Below, piece after piece: positions 1-9,244 of a stretch of DNA of 55,113 nt. Source of the stretch: an uncultured Gammaproteobacteria bacterium (GTDB taxonomy: Bacteria > Patescibacteriota > Patescibacteriia > UBA9934 > GWF2-40-263); contig CAYNRK010000007.1 in assembly GCA_964399675.1 (NCBI GenBank), positions 1-55,113 on the forward strand, read 5' to 3'. Position 1 is the first letter of the stretch. Every line of letters begins with the position of its first letter. Below the pieces are notes generated by a model. It saw nothing but the letters and a program-made list of their open reading frames with translations, was not told the origin of the DNA and did not search any database. Position numbers and translations under genes: made by a program.

Positions 1-70
1 CAAAGGTGACATTTCTAAATCCCTGAGAAGGGGACATTTCTACTTCCCGTTGACAAGACCCTTTCATAAA

Positions 71-99
71 TTGACAAAAAACGATTTTTGTGGTAGATT
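71..99 (+). promoter_or_regulatory. sigma70-type promoter for the 180..977 gene
   Basis: TTGACA (71-76), 17-nt spacer, TGn-TAGATT (91-99); GGAGG SD at 171-175. Confidence 0.6.
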
Positions 100-179
100 T
101 TCTCGTTCCGAAGACTCTCTTTGGTTCGATATTTGCGCAAGATTGCGCACAACTTCCATAGCAAAGGCAGGGAGGGCAC

Positions 180-977
180 ATGCCTTATTCCATTGATGGA
201 GGAACGCCCTCCAACCAGCCAGCCGCGCAAATGAACGTCCACACTGGTGTACGTTTCCAGGTGGTATTCGAGGTAGTCGGGGATGACGGTGCGGGTGGTT
301 CGCTCGCAGTACTGAGCGACCAATACGAGATGGCAACACCGCCCGAGGTCGTACTCGACAGCCAGAGACTCGAGATCACGGCTGCCGAACTGACCCCCTC
401 CACAACCACAGGTGGATTCGACTCGGCGACTCTAGTGTTCGGAGGAACTGCTCAGGTGTGTGGTGATCACACGCTCCACATCTTCAAGAGTGGCGAGGTG
501 GCCCCACTCGGAATAGTGCAGGTGCACAGTGGGGTTCAGCCGCAACCTCAGCCGGCTCAGCCGGGACTTCCGCCTCCGCCGCAGCCGCCGGCTCAGCCGC
601 AACCGACCCAACCACAACCTCTGCCGCAGCCACCGGCTCCGCCGACTCCGCTGAGCAAAGGGGGCAAGATTGTCGCCTGGGGGCTCATCATCGTAGTGGG
701 CCTTACCGCAGCGTACCTTCTTGCCCAGCTCTTCGGCAGCTTCAACTGGGGCGTGGTCAACATGGGAACGGCCGCAACCGACCAAGAGAAGCGGGATCTC
801 GTGGTCGATCGTGCCAAGTACGTGGTCACGAATAAGCTGGACGCGAAGGAGAAGGAAAAGGCCGATGCTGAGGAGGCTCGTGACAAGGCTGTCGAAGCCA
901 AGGACAAGGCCGAGGCCGAAAACGAGCGCCTGAAGAAGGAGCTCAAAGCGGCCAAGAAGGCTGCCAAGGTTCCTTGA
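180..977 (+). CDS. hypothetical membrane protein (Pro/Gln-rich linker, one TM helix, C-terminal coiled coil), atypically GC-rich
   Basis: 265-aa ORF with SD, upstream promoter and downstream terminator; TM IVAWGLIIVVGLTAAYLLA; no family recognised. Confidence 0.7.
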   Translation: MPYSIDGGTPSNQPAAQMNVHTGVRFQVVFEVVGDDGAGGSLAVLSDQYEMATPPEVVLDSQRLEITAAELTPSTTTGGFDSATLVFGGTAQVCGDHTLHIFKSGEVAPLGIVQVHSGVQPQPQPAQPGLPPPPQPPAQPQPTQPQPLPQPPAPPTPLSKGGKIVAWGLIIVVGLTAAYLLAQLFGSFNWGVVNMGTAATDQEKRDLVVDRAKYVVTNKLDAKEKEKADAEEARDKAVEAKDKAEAENERLKKELKAAKKAAKVP

Positions 978-996
978 CCCTTCGACACAACAACGA

Positions 997-1057
997 CACG
1001 GCAGGATCGCAGTCCCCATCTCAAATGGGGGCTGTTGATCCGGCCGTGGTTTCTTTT
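997..1057 (+). terminator. long hairpin plus U-tract, intrinsic terminator
   Basis: cacggc-ggatc-gcagtccccat pairs with atgggggctgt-gatcc-gccgtg, followed by tttctttt. Confidence 0.6.
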
Positions 1058-1076
1058 ATGGTAAGATAATTTTAAT

Positions 1077-1814
1077 ATGGAAAAAATCCGAATTAATAAA
1101 TATTTATCTGAACACGGATACTGTTCAAGACGTGAAGCTGATCGGCTGATTAAAGCAGGTCGTGTTTTTGTTAATAATAAAAAAGCAAAACTGGGTGACA
1201 AAGTTTCAGAAAATGACTTAGTTCGAGTTGAAGGTCGAGACAAAAAACGACCGCCCAAAAAAGTTTATATAATGTTAAACAAACCCGTTGGTTTAATCTC
1301 AACAACAGACAAACGATCAAAAGATAATATAATTGATTTTGTTGATTACCCAGAACGCCTCTTCCCTGTTGGCAGATTGGATGTTAAAAGCGAAGGGCTC
1401 ATTCTCCTCACCAACGACGGTGTACTTGCCAACCGACTCATGCACCCTCGTTATGAACACGACAAAGAATATGTAGTAATGGTAGACAAACAAATGCCAA
1501 GATCCGATATTGCAAAAATGCAGCGTGGTGTTGAACTAGACGATGGCATAACCCTCCCAGCCAAAGTACGCGCAATGACTCCGGATAAATTTGCAATTAT
1601 TTTAAAAGAAGGTCGCAACAAACAAATCCGTCGAATGTGCAAAGCTCTGGGTTATGAGGCGGTTTCGCTCAAACGAACCAGGATCCTTACACTCAAAATG
1701 CCAACCAGTTATCCAACCGGCAATTGGCGACATTTGACTCAGTCTGAGGTAAGGCAGTTAAAACGAGCTGTTGGAATGGAAGAAAAAAAGGTTAGTAAGA
1801 AAAAGAATAGGTAA
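1077..1814 (+). CDS. rluF: RsuA-family rRNA pseudouridine synthase (RluF/RluB-like)
   Basis: S4 domain RINKYLSEHGYCSRREAD, LNKPVG, catalytic VGRLD, EGRNKQIRRM. Confidence 0.85.
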   Translation: MEKIRINKYLSEHGYCSRREADRLIKAGRVFVNNKKAKLGDKVSENDLVRVEGRDKKRPPKKVYIMLNKPVGLISTTDKRSKDNIIDFVDYPERLFPVGRLDVKSEGLILLTNDGVLANRLMHPRYEHDKEYVVMVDKQMPRSDIAKMQRGVELDDGITLPAKVRAMTPDKFAIILKEGRNKQIRRMCKALGYEAVSLKRTRILTLKMPTSYPTGNWRHLTQSEVRQLKRAVGMEEKKVSKKKNR

Positions 1815-1822
1815 ATAATTTT

Positions 1823-2632
1823 ATGATCGAGCCTTTTGATCGAACAAACAAAAATCACATAGCAGCCATGCGCAAACTGCCTTTTGCGTTTATGTCCAGT
1901 GAGTTTGCGCTTTCACATTCTGCACATGTTATTGAGCGCAATGGTGAGTACATCCCAGTATCACAAGATCTTATTTCCCCACATGAATTTCCTGCCCTTT
2001 ACCTACCGCACAAAAAGAAGAACTGGGAATATCTTGCTGTTACCTTTGCGACTGAAAAAGATGTGGAAACTTTGAAAAAAAGTGGTAATCGTATTGTTGT
2101 AGAAAATCCGATCTCTACTGAGTTCTTTTACTCAACTGATCAATTTGTTAATCCAACTGGTTCCTTTCGTAAAAAAATCAATAGTTTTAAAAATAAACAC
2201 AACTTTGAAGTAACAAATGAATGTGATGAAGCTGAGGTTCGAAAATTTTACAAATTTTGGAAAACACAAATAAAAGAAAAGACACTGACTTTTGATGAAT
2301 CTGAATCTTTCTTTTTCTTTGGGCTTGAAAATCTAAAAGCTTTTGGCATTAAGCAGGTTTGTGTCAAAATTGATGGAAAGCTTGCAGGTCTTGCCTGGGG
2401 CCTTGATCATTGGAGTGGTAATTGGGTGGGCATGAGTCTGAAAGTTAATCGGAAGTATCGCGACCTGTCACGATTCCTTCATCACGAACGCGCAAAGCTA
2501 TTTGCAGATCGACCAACTTTCACACTGGGCACAGACGCTTTTAAAAAAGGCATACGGCAATATAAACAAGAACTTAAACCTATCGAGGAAAGGAAATACA
2601 CATATATACTCACAGGCGAAAAAGAGAAATAA
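1823..2632 (+). CDS. hypothetical protein, possible GNAT/DUF2156-like acyltransferase fold
   Basis: 269-aa ORF coupled to the upstream gene; C-terminal KIDGKLAG...LK.NRKYR.L...GIRQYKQELKP resembles DUF2156. Confidence 0.5.
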   Translation: MIEPFDRTNKNHIAAMRKLPFAFMSSEFALSHSAHVIERNGEYIPVSQDLISPHEFPALYLPHKKKNWEYLAVTFATEKDVETLKKSGNRIVVENPISTEFFYSTDQFVNPTGSFRKKINSFKNKHNFEVTNECDEAEVRKFYKFWKTQIKEKTLTFDESESFFFFGLENLKAFGIKQVCVKIDGKLAGLAWGLDHWSGNWVGMSLKVNRKYRDLSRFLHHERAKLFADRPTFTLGTDAFKKGIRQYKQELKPIEERKYTYILTGEKEK

Positions 2633-2677
2633 TATAAAAGACCCTCAGCAAAAAGTGAGGGCTTTGTTGCTGGTTTA

Positions 2678-2920
2678 TTACATAAGTCGTTTTCTCGAAA
2701 ACGCGTGGCCAGACGGTGTCTTTAAATATTTTTCAAAATTCATTGCCTTTTCTCTGTTTCTAAACACACCAACCCAAACCAGCTTCCAAGGACGCAACTT
2801 CTTTGTATAAGAAGATTTGCCATCATTGTGTTCTTTTAGCCGTGTCTCTGCTGTTTGTGTTGTGTATCCGTAATAGTACGTTTGACTTAATTTGCTTTGT
2901 AGAATGTAGACGTAGAACAT
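2678..2920 (-). CDS. small GIY-YIG nuclease
   Basis: YVYILQS...YYGYT...RLKEHN.G...YTKKLRPWKLV...EKYLK. Confidence 0.9.
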   Translation of the reverse strand: MFYVYILQSKLSQTYYYGYTTQTAETRLKEHNDGKSSYTKKLRPWKLVWVGVFRNREKAMNFEKYLKTPSGHAFSRKRLM

Positions 2921-2940
2921 AGACTCTTGCAGTATAACAG

Positions 2941-2966
2941 AAAGACACCCTACGGAGGTGTCTTTT
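2941..2966. terminator. intrinsic terminator hairpin downstream of tRNA-Asp
   Basis: aaagacacc-ctacgga-ggtgtcttt. Confidence 0.55.
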
Positions 2967-2969
2967 GCG

Positions 2970-3102
2970 GCCCCACTTCGCTCAGAGAGCTACGTTAGGG
3001 GCATCCCTACTTCACCCTTTGTGCTGTTGTTGAAGAGTTCCCTTGCGTAATCCAGCAAGTGGAACCCATCCCCAACGTAGCCCAAAGGGCGAAGTGGGAT
3101 GG
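2970..3102. repeat. inverted pair of REP-like palindromes (2970-3002 and 3066-3102)
   Basis: cccacttcgc-N-gctacgtt(a)gggg and its reverse complement, with different loops. Confidence 0.6.
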
Positions 3103-3176
3103 CGGACCGGACGGGACTCGAACCCGCAACTTTCGCCGTGACAGGGCGATGCTCTAGCCAATTGAACTACCGGTCC
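3100..3176 (-). tRNA. tRNA-Asp (GTC)
   Basis: GGACCGG acceptor stem, TAGTTCAATTGG D arm, anticodon loop CTGTCAC, GGTTCGAGTCC T arm, encoded CCA. Confidence 0.97.
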
Positions 3177-3244
3177 AAAATAACGACAAAATATTATCAC
3201 AGCCTCTTAACAAGTGCAAGACTCTGGGCTAAACTACCGATCAT

Positions 3245-3943
3245 ATGAAACACAATAAATTTCCTCGCATTTTAACCTTTATTTTCTTGATTCTTTTAGT
3301 TCTTCTTATTGTCTTTTTCGCTACCCACTCAAATATTGATCCAAAAATAATCGATGATTCCTATCATAAAGATTTTTATACTCAAGCAGAAAATACTTGG
3401 GCAGCCAAACTTGAAGCTCAAAAATTTAGAGAACAAGCACTTGGCGAACTAACTTTTGGATCTTCATCATATGTATCACTTAATTGGCAAAAACCTCGTT
3501 ATAAATATAACCACTTTTTAATCACAGTTTCTAATCCTGAAACCGGATGGACCAGAACTGAAAGCGGTAATCACGACAGAGACATGCTTGATCTTTCTGA
3601 TCTTAAACCAGCTACAGAATACACATTTGTTGTTCAGGTGTGTTTTGATCCTGAATGTAAAAAGTGGGATGTTACTGAAACTGAAGCAAAAGAAACAACA
3701 AGCCCACTTGTTTGGGAAATTGATACTAACGTTAACAACTTAATTGACGAACCTTTCACACGATACACAGAACAAGAAAATTGGGAGGAGCGTTATGATT
3801 TCACAACCGCTCGTTTTTTCAAAAACGAAAAAGAAGTTGCTTTTGATGACATTGAGATTCAAACAGCTTTTGAATTTGAAATATACAGCAGCAAACAACT
3901 CTTGAAACTAAAAAACGGATTCGCAAGATTCATGAATCCGTAA
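3245..3943 (+). CDS. membrane-anchored protein with a fibronectin type III-like domain
   Basis: N-terminal TM; LNWQKP...LSDLKPATEYTFVVQ FN3 signature. Confidence 0.7.
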   Translation: MKHNKFPRILTFIFLILLVLLIVFFATHSNIDPKIIDDSYHKDFYTQAENTWAAKLEAQKFREQALGELTFGSSSYVSLNWQKPRYKYNHFLITVSNPETGWTRTESGNHDRDMLDLSDLKPATEYTFVVQVCFDPECKKWDVTETEAKETTSPLVWEIDTNVNNLIDEPFTRYTEQENWEERYDFTTARFFKNEKEVAFDDIEIQTAFEFEIYSSKQLLKLKNGFARFMNP

Positions 3944-3948
3944 TTCAT

Positions 3949-5343
3949 TTACACAGTAATGATATCTGCACCCTTACCATGTTCAGCACCGATCACGACA
4001 ACAAGTCGTGATCCTTTTTTTATAAGTTTTTCTTTTTTAAGCTTTACAATCGCGCGTTTTAAAAAAGTTTTTGGGTTTTGTTTTTTTTGAATAAACGGTG
4101 TGACTCCCCATTGAATCGCGTTTTGTCGAGCCGTTGTCTCGTTTTCACACGCAAGAAATAATCTTGTTTCTGCGCGAGATCGCAGTAGTCCTTCAGACCA
4201 AGGTGCGATTGCATGTGAAGCAATAATGCCATCAATCTGCCCACTCAAAGAAAAAAGTTTAATGGCTTGACCAACCGCTGCCTCAGGGCTTATTTCAACA
4301 AGCCCGGCAAAGACATCGTCGTATGGTGACTCCTCGGACTCTTCTGCAATCTTTGTCATAATCTCTACAGCCTTAAGTGGATACTTCCCTGTTGCAGATT
4401 CACCTGAAAGCATCACAGCATCAGTGTGATCAAAAACTGCATTTGCAACATCGGAAACCTCTGCGCGAGTTGGTCTGGGATTACGAATCATTGAATCCAG
4501 CATCTGTGTTGCCACAATAACCGGCTTTCCAGCCTGCCTACATTTTTCAATAATTTCTTTTTGTCTTACAGGAACCTCTTCTGCCGGAATCTCAATTCCC
4601 AAATCTCCACGCGCAACCATAACTCCATCAACAACTTTTAAAATCTCATCAAAATGATCAATGGCCTCATGCTTTTCAATTTTCACAATAATCCTTGGCA
4701 AAATCTGTCCTTTCTTTGCATATTTCTTAATAAGCCTGCGAAGTTTCAAAACATCTTTCTTGTCTGTTACAAAAGACAAGGCAATCCAATCCACACCTTG
4801 TTCAACTCCAAATTTCGTATCAACAATATCCTTTTTTGTAATTGCAGAAACTTTTAAAGAAGTATGTGGAAAATTCATGCCTTTGTGGGACTTGAGTATT
4901 CCGCCTGTTATCATTTTTGCATGAATCTGCTTACCAACAACTTTTTTGATTTTTGCTTCAAACAAACCATCATCCATTAAAAAAGTATTGCCCGCTTTTA
5001 CATCTTTGTGAAGCTTTTTATAAGTAACAGGGAAAACTTTGTTTTTGTATTTATTAACTGCTGTTGAAAAAATAACCGATTCACCAGCCTTAACATTCAC
5101 CCCCTCTTCCGGAAGCTCTCCAAGTCTAATTTTTGGCCCTTGCAAATCTCCAATAATCGGCACATGCTTATTTGCTTTCTTTGCTGCTGACCGAACTGCT
5201 CGTATCAATTTTTTGTGTGCTGTGTGTGTGCTGTGAGAAAAATTAAGTCTTGCAACATCCATACCTGCTTTCATCATTGAGACAAGAGCTGATGGTTTTT
5301 CACTGGCAGGGCCAATGGTGCACACAATTTTTGTTCGTTTCAT
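3949..5343 (-). CDS. pyk: pyruvate kinase
   Basis: KRTKIVCTIGPAS, ARLNFSH, DLQGPKIR, MVARGDLG, ATQMLDSM, MLSGESA; start set at the ATG at 5343. Confidence 0.97.
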   Translation of the reverse strand: MKRTKIVCTIGPASEKPSALVSMMKAGMDVARLNFSHSTHTAHKKLIRAVRSAAKKANKHVPIIGDLQGPKIRLGELPEEGVNVKAGESVIFSTAVNKYKNKVFPVTYKKLHKDVKAGNTFLMDDGLFEAKIKKVVGKQIHAKMITGGILKSHKGMNFPHTSLKVSAITKKDIVDTKFGVEQGVDWIALSFVTDKKDVLKLRRLIKKYAKKGQILPRIIVKIEKHEAIDHFDEILKVVDGVMVARGDLGIEIPAEEVPVRQKEIIEKCRQAGKPVIVATQMLDSMIRNPRPTRAEVSDVANAVFDHTDAVMLSGESATGKYPLKAVEIMTKIAEESEESPYDDVFAGLVEISPEAAVGQAIKLFSLSGQIDGIIASHAIAPWSEGLLRSRAETRLFLACENETTARQNAIQWGVTPFIQKKQNPKTFLKRAIVKLKKEKLIKKGSRLVVVIGAEHGKGADIITV

Positions 5344-5344
5344 A

Positions 5345-6565
5345 TTATTGTTCTGTATACTCCGCAAGTGTGACATCTGTTTCAAACAACACACCCTCGC
5401 GTAATACTTTTATTGTAACAACATCGTTGGGTCGATAAGAAGATATAATTTCTGCAAGCGCCTTATCCTGACTAAGCTGAACACTGTCTATGGCAATTAT
5501 GATATCGCGCTCTTTAAGCCCAGCAAGGTCAGCTGGACTTCCTTTAAACACTGCGATTTGATCCGCTTCATTACCAGCAACGATCATTGCACCAACGTCA
5601 TAATCATAACTGATGTCTGCTTGCTCATTTGGCATTACAAGTACATATCTTACACCAAGCCATGGTCGAATGATTCTTCCGTACTTGCGCACATCATCAA
5701 TAGAGCGCTTTGCATGATTAACAGGAATTGCAAATGCCACTGACTCGCCTTCATAACTTACAGCAGTGTTAATACCTATCACTTCTCCAAGCAGGTTAAT
5801 AAGAGGCCCGCCTGAATTTCCCGGATTGATTGCTGCGTCTGTTTGAATGGCTTTTTCAATCACTTCTGTGCTCACAGTATCCCCCGCAGTTACACGGCGA
5901 TCAATCCCAGAGACCACACCTTTAGTAACTGTGTTTCGAAATTCAGATAAGGTATTCCCAATTGCAATCACTGTCTGTCCAATACGAATGGCATCAGAGT
6001 CTCCAAAACGCACACAAGGAAACGCCTGGCCTTCTACCTTTAAAATAGCCAGGTCCTGAAACGGATCCATATCAACAAGTTCAGCAGCAATTTCATTTCC
6101 TTCATTTGTAACAATGAAATACTCAACATCTGTCTGATTTACAACATGTCTGTTTGTTAATAGATATCCATCCTCTGAGACAAAAAAGCCTGTGCCACTG
6201 CCAACCTCAACCAATTCCTCTTTTTGTTCAGATGTTAAATCTTGTTCAAAAAAGAGTGGGCTTGTAAACGAATTTCCTAAAAATACAGTTTGTGTAATTA
6301 ATCCTCGCGGTTTTTTTACAATCACGCTCACAACAGCTGGAGTAACATTTTCAACAACAGCAATTGTTGCGCTTTCTTCTTCAATAAGTTCAACAATTTT
6401 TGAATCAACTTCTTTTGTGTTCATCGTCTGTGTGGCCAAAGGAGAAATTCCAAATGCATTTGAAAACGTCACATAACTTACAGCCCCAACAATACCACCC
6501 ACAATAGCGGCGATGGCAATCGCAAACATGATAAGAGATTGTTGGTTTTGTGGTTGCAGATTCAT
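5345..6565 (-). CDS. htrA: HtrA/DegP-family serine protease with PDZ domain
   Basis: N-terminal TM, GSGTGF, TNRHV, IQTDAAINPGNSGGPL, C-terminal PDZ. Confidence 0.93.
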   Translation of the reverse strand: MNLQPQNQQSLIMFAIAIAAIVGGIVGAVSYVTFSNAFGISPLATQTMNTKEVDSKIVELIEEESATIAVVENVTPAVVSVIVKKPRGLITQTVFLGNSFTSPLFFEQDLTSEQKEELVEVGSGTGFFVSEDGYLLTNRHVVNQTDVEYFIVTNEGNEIAAELVDMDPFQDLAILKVEGQAFPCVRFGDSDAIRIGQTVIAIGNTLSEFRNTVTKGVVSGIDRRVTAGDTVSTEVIEKAIQTDAAINPGNSGGPLINLLGEVIGINTAVSYEGESVAFAIPVNHAKRSIDDVRKYGRIIRPWLGVRYVLVMPNEQADISYDYDVGAMIVAGNEADQIAVFKGSPADLAGLKERDIIIAIDSVQLSQDKALAEIISSYRPNDVVTIKVLREGVLFETDVTLAEYTEQ

Positions 6566-7062
6566 GATTTTTTATTTTTCGTTTTCTTTTTCGTTTTCTT
6601 TTTTGTGCGACTTCGCGAAAGAAGTTTTCTAAGTTCTGTTTCAAATGATTTCACATCTTCAAAAGATCGGTAAACGGATGCAAATCGAATATAGGCAACC
6701 TTGTCAAAAGATTTTAAATGTTTCATGACAATATCACCGAGCTCACCTGATGTAAGCTGGCCACGTTTTTTCTTTTGAATGTCCCTTTCTATTTTGTGAA
6801 CTAGCCTATGAAATTTTGAATCCGTATAAGGACGTTTTTCCAAAGCCTTTTCAAGTCCACGAATAAGTTTGTCTCGTGAATAATTCTCACGACGCCCATC
6901 GCGCTTAACAACGTTTAAATCTAAAAGTTCCACCTCTTCATTTGTTGAAAATCTAAATCCACACTTTTCACACTCCCGCCTTCGCCTCACACTTGCCCCA
7001 TCGCTTGAGACTCTTGAGTCAATAACTTTTGTGTCTTTATGATTACAAACCGCACACCACAT
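6562..7062 (-). CDS. nrdR: transcriptional repressor NrdR
   Basis: CxxC...KVIDSR...RRRRECxxC zinc ribbon, ATP cone, VAYIRFASVYRSF. Confidence 0.96.
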   Translation of the reverse strand: MWCAVCNHKDTKVIDSRVSSDGASVRRRRECEKCGFRFSTNEEVELLDLNVVKRDGRRENYSRDKLIRGLEKALEKRPYTDSKFHRLVHKIERDIQKKKRGQLTSGELGDIVMKHLKSFDKVAYIRFASVYRSFEDVKSFETELRKLLSRSRTKKKTKKKTKNKKS

Positions 7063-7120
7063 ATATCGTTTTATCAAAATAATAGTTGCATTATAGCAGA
7101 AAAACAGTGCTACACCAGAA

Positions 7121-7867
7121 TCACTCGTGTTTCTTTACAGCCTCCCGATAGGCGCAATAGTCACAGTCCTTTGATGTTTTTGGGATCTTTTTTGATTCAA
7201 GTGTTTTCTTAATCTTAAGCAATGTTGGCTCAACCCAATCGTCCTTTCCTGTGTAAGGAATAAGATGCACATCAAACTCAAGTTTTCCATCAAACGCCTT
7301 TTCATCCAGCCGGCCTGTGCAGTACACAAAATAACCGGTATCAGAAACTTTGAGTTTGTTTTGACGCAACAGCCACTGATAGATTTCCATTTGTCTTTTA
7401 TAACCATCCTGCCAATCCTGATTAAGTTCTGTCACAGGTTCGCTTTTTGCAGTAGCTTTATAATCCACAACAATATACTCACCCTTTTTGTTTTGCCAAA
7501 GATCATCAATCGCACCTGAGATGAGCATTTTGGTTGGTTTGTGAAGATGTTGAATACCCACAAAATTCTCACGCCACTCATCAATCTTCTCATGCTTTGC
7601 CGGAACAGCATTAATTTTATACTGCTTCTGAATCGGATGCTTAGTCCCCTTTGCACGATGCACATCAAACTCTTGTTTCAAAAGCGCATCCACAGCAGAG
7701 TTAAGATTAAACGGAAACCCCGGCGGCCGCTTTGTTCCAAGTTTATTGTCCAAATAAAAACATCTCGGACAGGAAAGAAAAAGATCAATCTTCGATCGAC
7801 TCAGTTTCCACTTGTCACCGCCGTAGTTCCAGGAGGCAGCGCGGTTGGGGTTGTAGTATTGGGGCAT
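7121..7867 (-). CDS. PD-(D/E)XK nuclease (Cas4/AddB-like, four Cys)
   Basis: LSRSKIDLFLSCPRC, GAIDD...VVDYK, QMEIY, C-terminal CDYC. Confidence 0.85.
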   Translation of the reverse strand: MPQYYNPNRAASWNYGGDKWKLSRSKIDLFLSCPRCFYLDNKLGTKRPPGFPFNLNSAVDALLKQEFDVHRAKGTKHPIQKQYKINAVPAKHEKIDEWRENFVGIQHLHKPTKMLISGAIDDLWQNKKGEYIVVDYKATAKSEPVTELNQDWQDGYKRQMEIYQWLLRQNKLKVSDTGYFVYCTGRLDEKAFDGKLEFDVHLIPYTGKDDWVEPTLLKIKKTLESKKIPKTSKDCDYCAYREAVKKHE

Positions 7868-7872
7868 AGGTT

Positions 7873-8145
7873 TTATTTGTAAATACTTTCAAGTAACTCC
7901 AGCGTTGCCTTAACAGATGGATTGTTTGAATCAAGTAAAACAAGACGATCTTTAAATTCATTCTTTAAATTTGTAAGCACCTCATCGCCCCAAGAAGGAG
8001 AAAACGTAACCACCCCTTCAAAGTCAACCTCAATCTTTTCGTCTGACGCCAGATCCATAAGCATAGGGCGAATTGCATTGTACGCCTCACGTCCAGATTG
8101 TCTTGAAGAAAGTGTTGTGCCGAATTTGCTTAAATGTAATTTCAT
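7873..8145 (-). CDS. DUF4325 STAS-like protein
   Basis: LSSRQSG...IEVDFEGV.TFSPSWGDE. Confidence 0.75.
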   Translation of the reverse strand: MKLHLSKFGTTLSSRQSGREAYNAIRPMLMDLASDEKIEVDFEGVVTFSPSWGDEVLTNLKNEFKDRLVLLDSNNPSVKATLELLESIYK

Positions 8146-8149
8146 ATTC

Positions 8150-8887
8150 TTAAAATGATAAAATGGCTAAGCAGCCAGTGATTGATTTTTTTGTTTCAGT
8201 AATATTTAAATTTTCATCTCCTTTGCCTAATTCAAGAAGTGCATTACCTGTTTTAAATTTTAGTGAAAAAGCGTTGCTGGTTACGATCTTTCTGACAAAT
8301 TTTAAACCGTTTCCTCTATGCTCTGGAGCACGACCTGTTAGTACTTCTGTAAACACAACTTTCAATGCTTTCGCGTGCGTTTGTAACGATGGTCTGACTC
8401 GTGAAATTGTTACCAATACCCCTTGCCCACGATCAGCTAGCACAATTTTTCTGCGCCTCTTGTCAAAACCAAAAAAAATTCCAGGCACATCTTGCCAATT
8501 CCCCAAGTTGTGATCAAAAGAATTATTTCCCATTTCTCCAACCGATGCTGTTATGAGTGAAAAAGTCTGCTCAATATCCGCTATGTTTTGGAGTTGCTGT
8601 TCAAGTGTTTGCAGTCGCAACTGAAAAATATTATTTGATGAGCAATACAAAGTATCAAGAGGCTGCTGTGGGTCATTGTCTAAAACCCATCCCTCAGCAA
8701 TCTTTTCGAGATCTGGCTCATGATCTTGTAAAATAGATTCCAAATCCTGGCGTGAATAATAACGAAAACCACCCTCCTTATTTCTTTTGCTTAAAAGCAG
8801 CCCGGAATCATCCCAACGACGAAGAGTTTGCGCTGAAACCCCAAGCAATCTCGCGGCTTCTGAAATTGTCAGATTGTTATTTTCCAC
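8150..8887 (-). CDS. MerR-type HTH fused to an HATPase-like domain
   Basis: LTISEAARLLGVSAQTLRRWD; EMGNNSFDH (N box), D.GQG, RGNGL. Confidence 0.8.
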   Translation of the reverse strand: MENNNLTISEAARLLGVSAQTLRRWDDSGLLLSKRNKEGGFRYYSRQDLESILQDHEPDLEKIAEGWVLDNDPQQPLDTLYCSSNNIFQLRLQTLEQQLQNIADIEQTFSLITASVGEMGNNSFDHNLGNWQDVPGIFFGFDKRRRKIVLADRGQGVLVTISRVRPSLQTHAKALKVVFTEVLTGRAPEHRGNGLKFVRKIVTSNAFSLKFKTGNALLELGKGDENLNITETKKSITGCLAILSF

Positions 8888-9058
8888 AACTTATACATTT
8901 ACTACTTCTAATTTAGCTGAATTTAGCATAATATATAAACAATTCTCTGTCAAACTTATACATTTTTAAAATTAAAGACAAGAGAGTTCAAAAATTTTTG
9001 TAAACCAAAGGAATTTTATTGTCAACCTTTTGTAAACCCCTACAGCTAGAGATCTTTG

Positions 9059-9202
9059 TCATCTTTTGCCTTTACCCGCATTGTCCAAATAAAAACATTT
9101 CGGACAAGAAAGAAAAAGATCAATCTCCAACCGACTTAGTTTCCGGTTGTTGCCACCGTAGTTCCAGGAGGCCGCGCGGTTGGGGTTATAGTATTGGGGC
9201 AT
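9059..9202 (-). pseudogene. truncated 5' copy 1 of the PD-(D/E)XK nuclease gene
   Basis: 9080-9202 aligns ungapped to 7745-7867, 13 mismatches in 123 bp; reads MPQYYNPNRAASWNYGGNNRKLSRLEIDLFLSCPKCFYLDN. Confidence 0.92.
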
Positions 9203-9244
9203 AATTAAATTTGTTTCATTTTTAGGTGTGCACTAGACCTAACT

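Noticed and set aside
432-1258. Long antisense ORFs (195 and 221 aa)
   Set aside because: Shadow frames of a GC-rich gene and rluF; no motifs.
3012-3200. 62-aa ORF
   Set aside because: Overlaps tRNA-Asp.
9080-9202. Repeat as a DGR template/variable pair with 7745-7867
   Set aside because: Mismatches are not adenine-specific, the region is at the 5' end, and there is no reverse transcriptase in the window.
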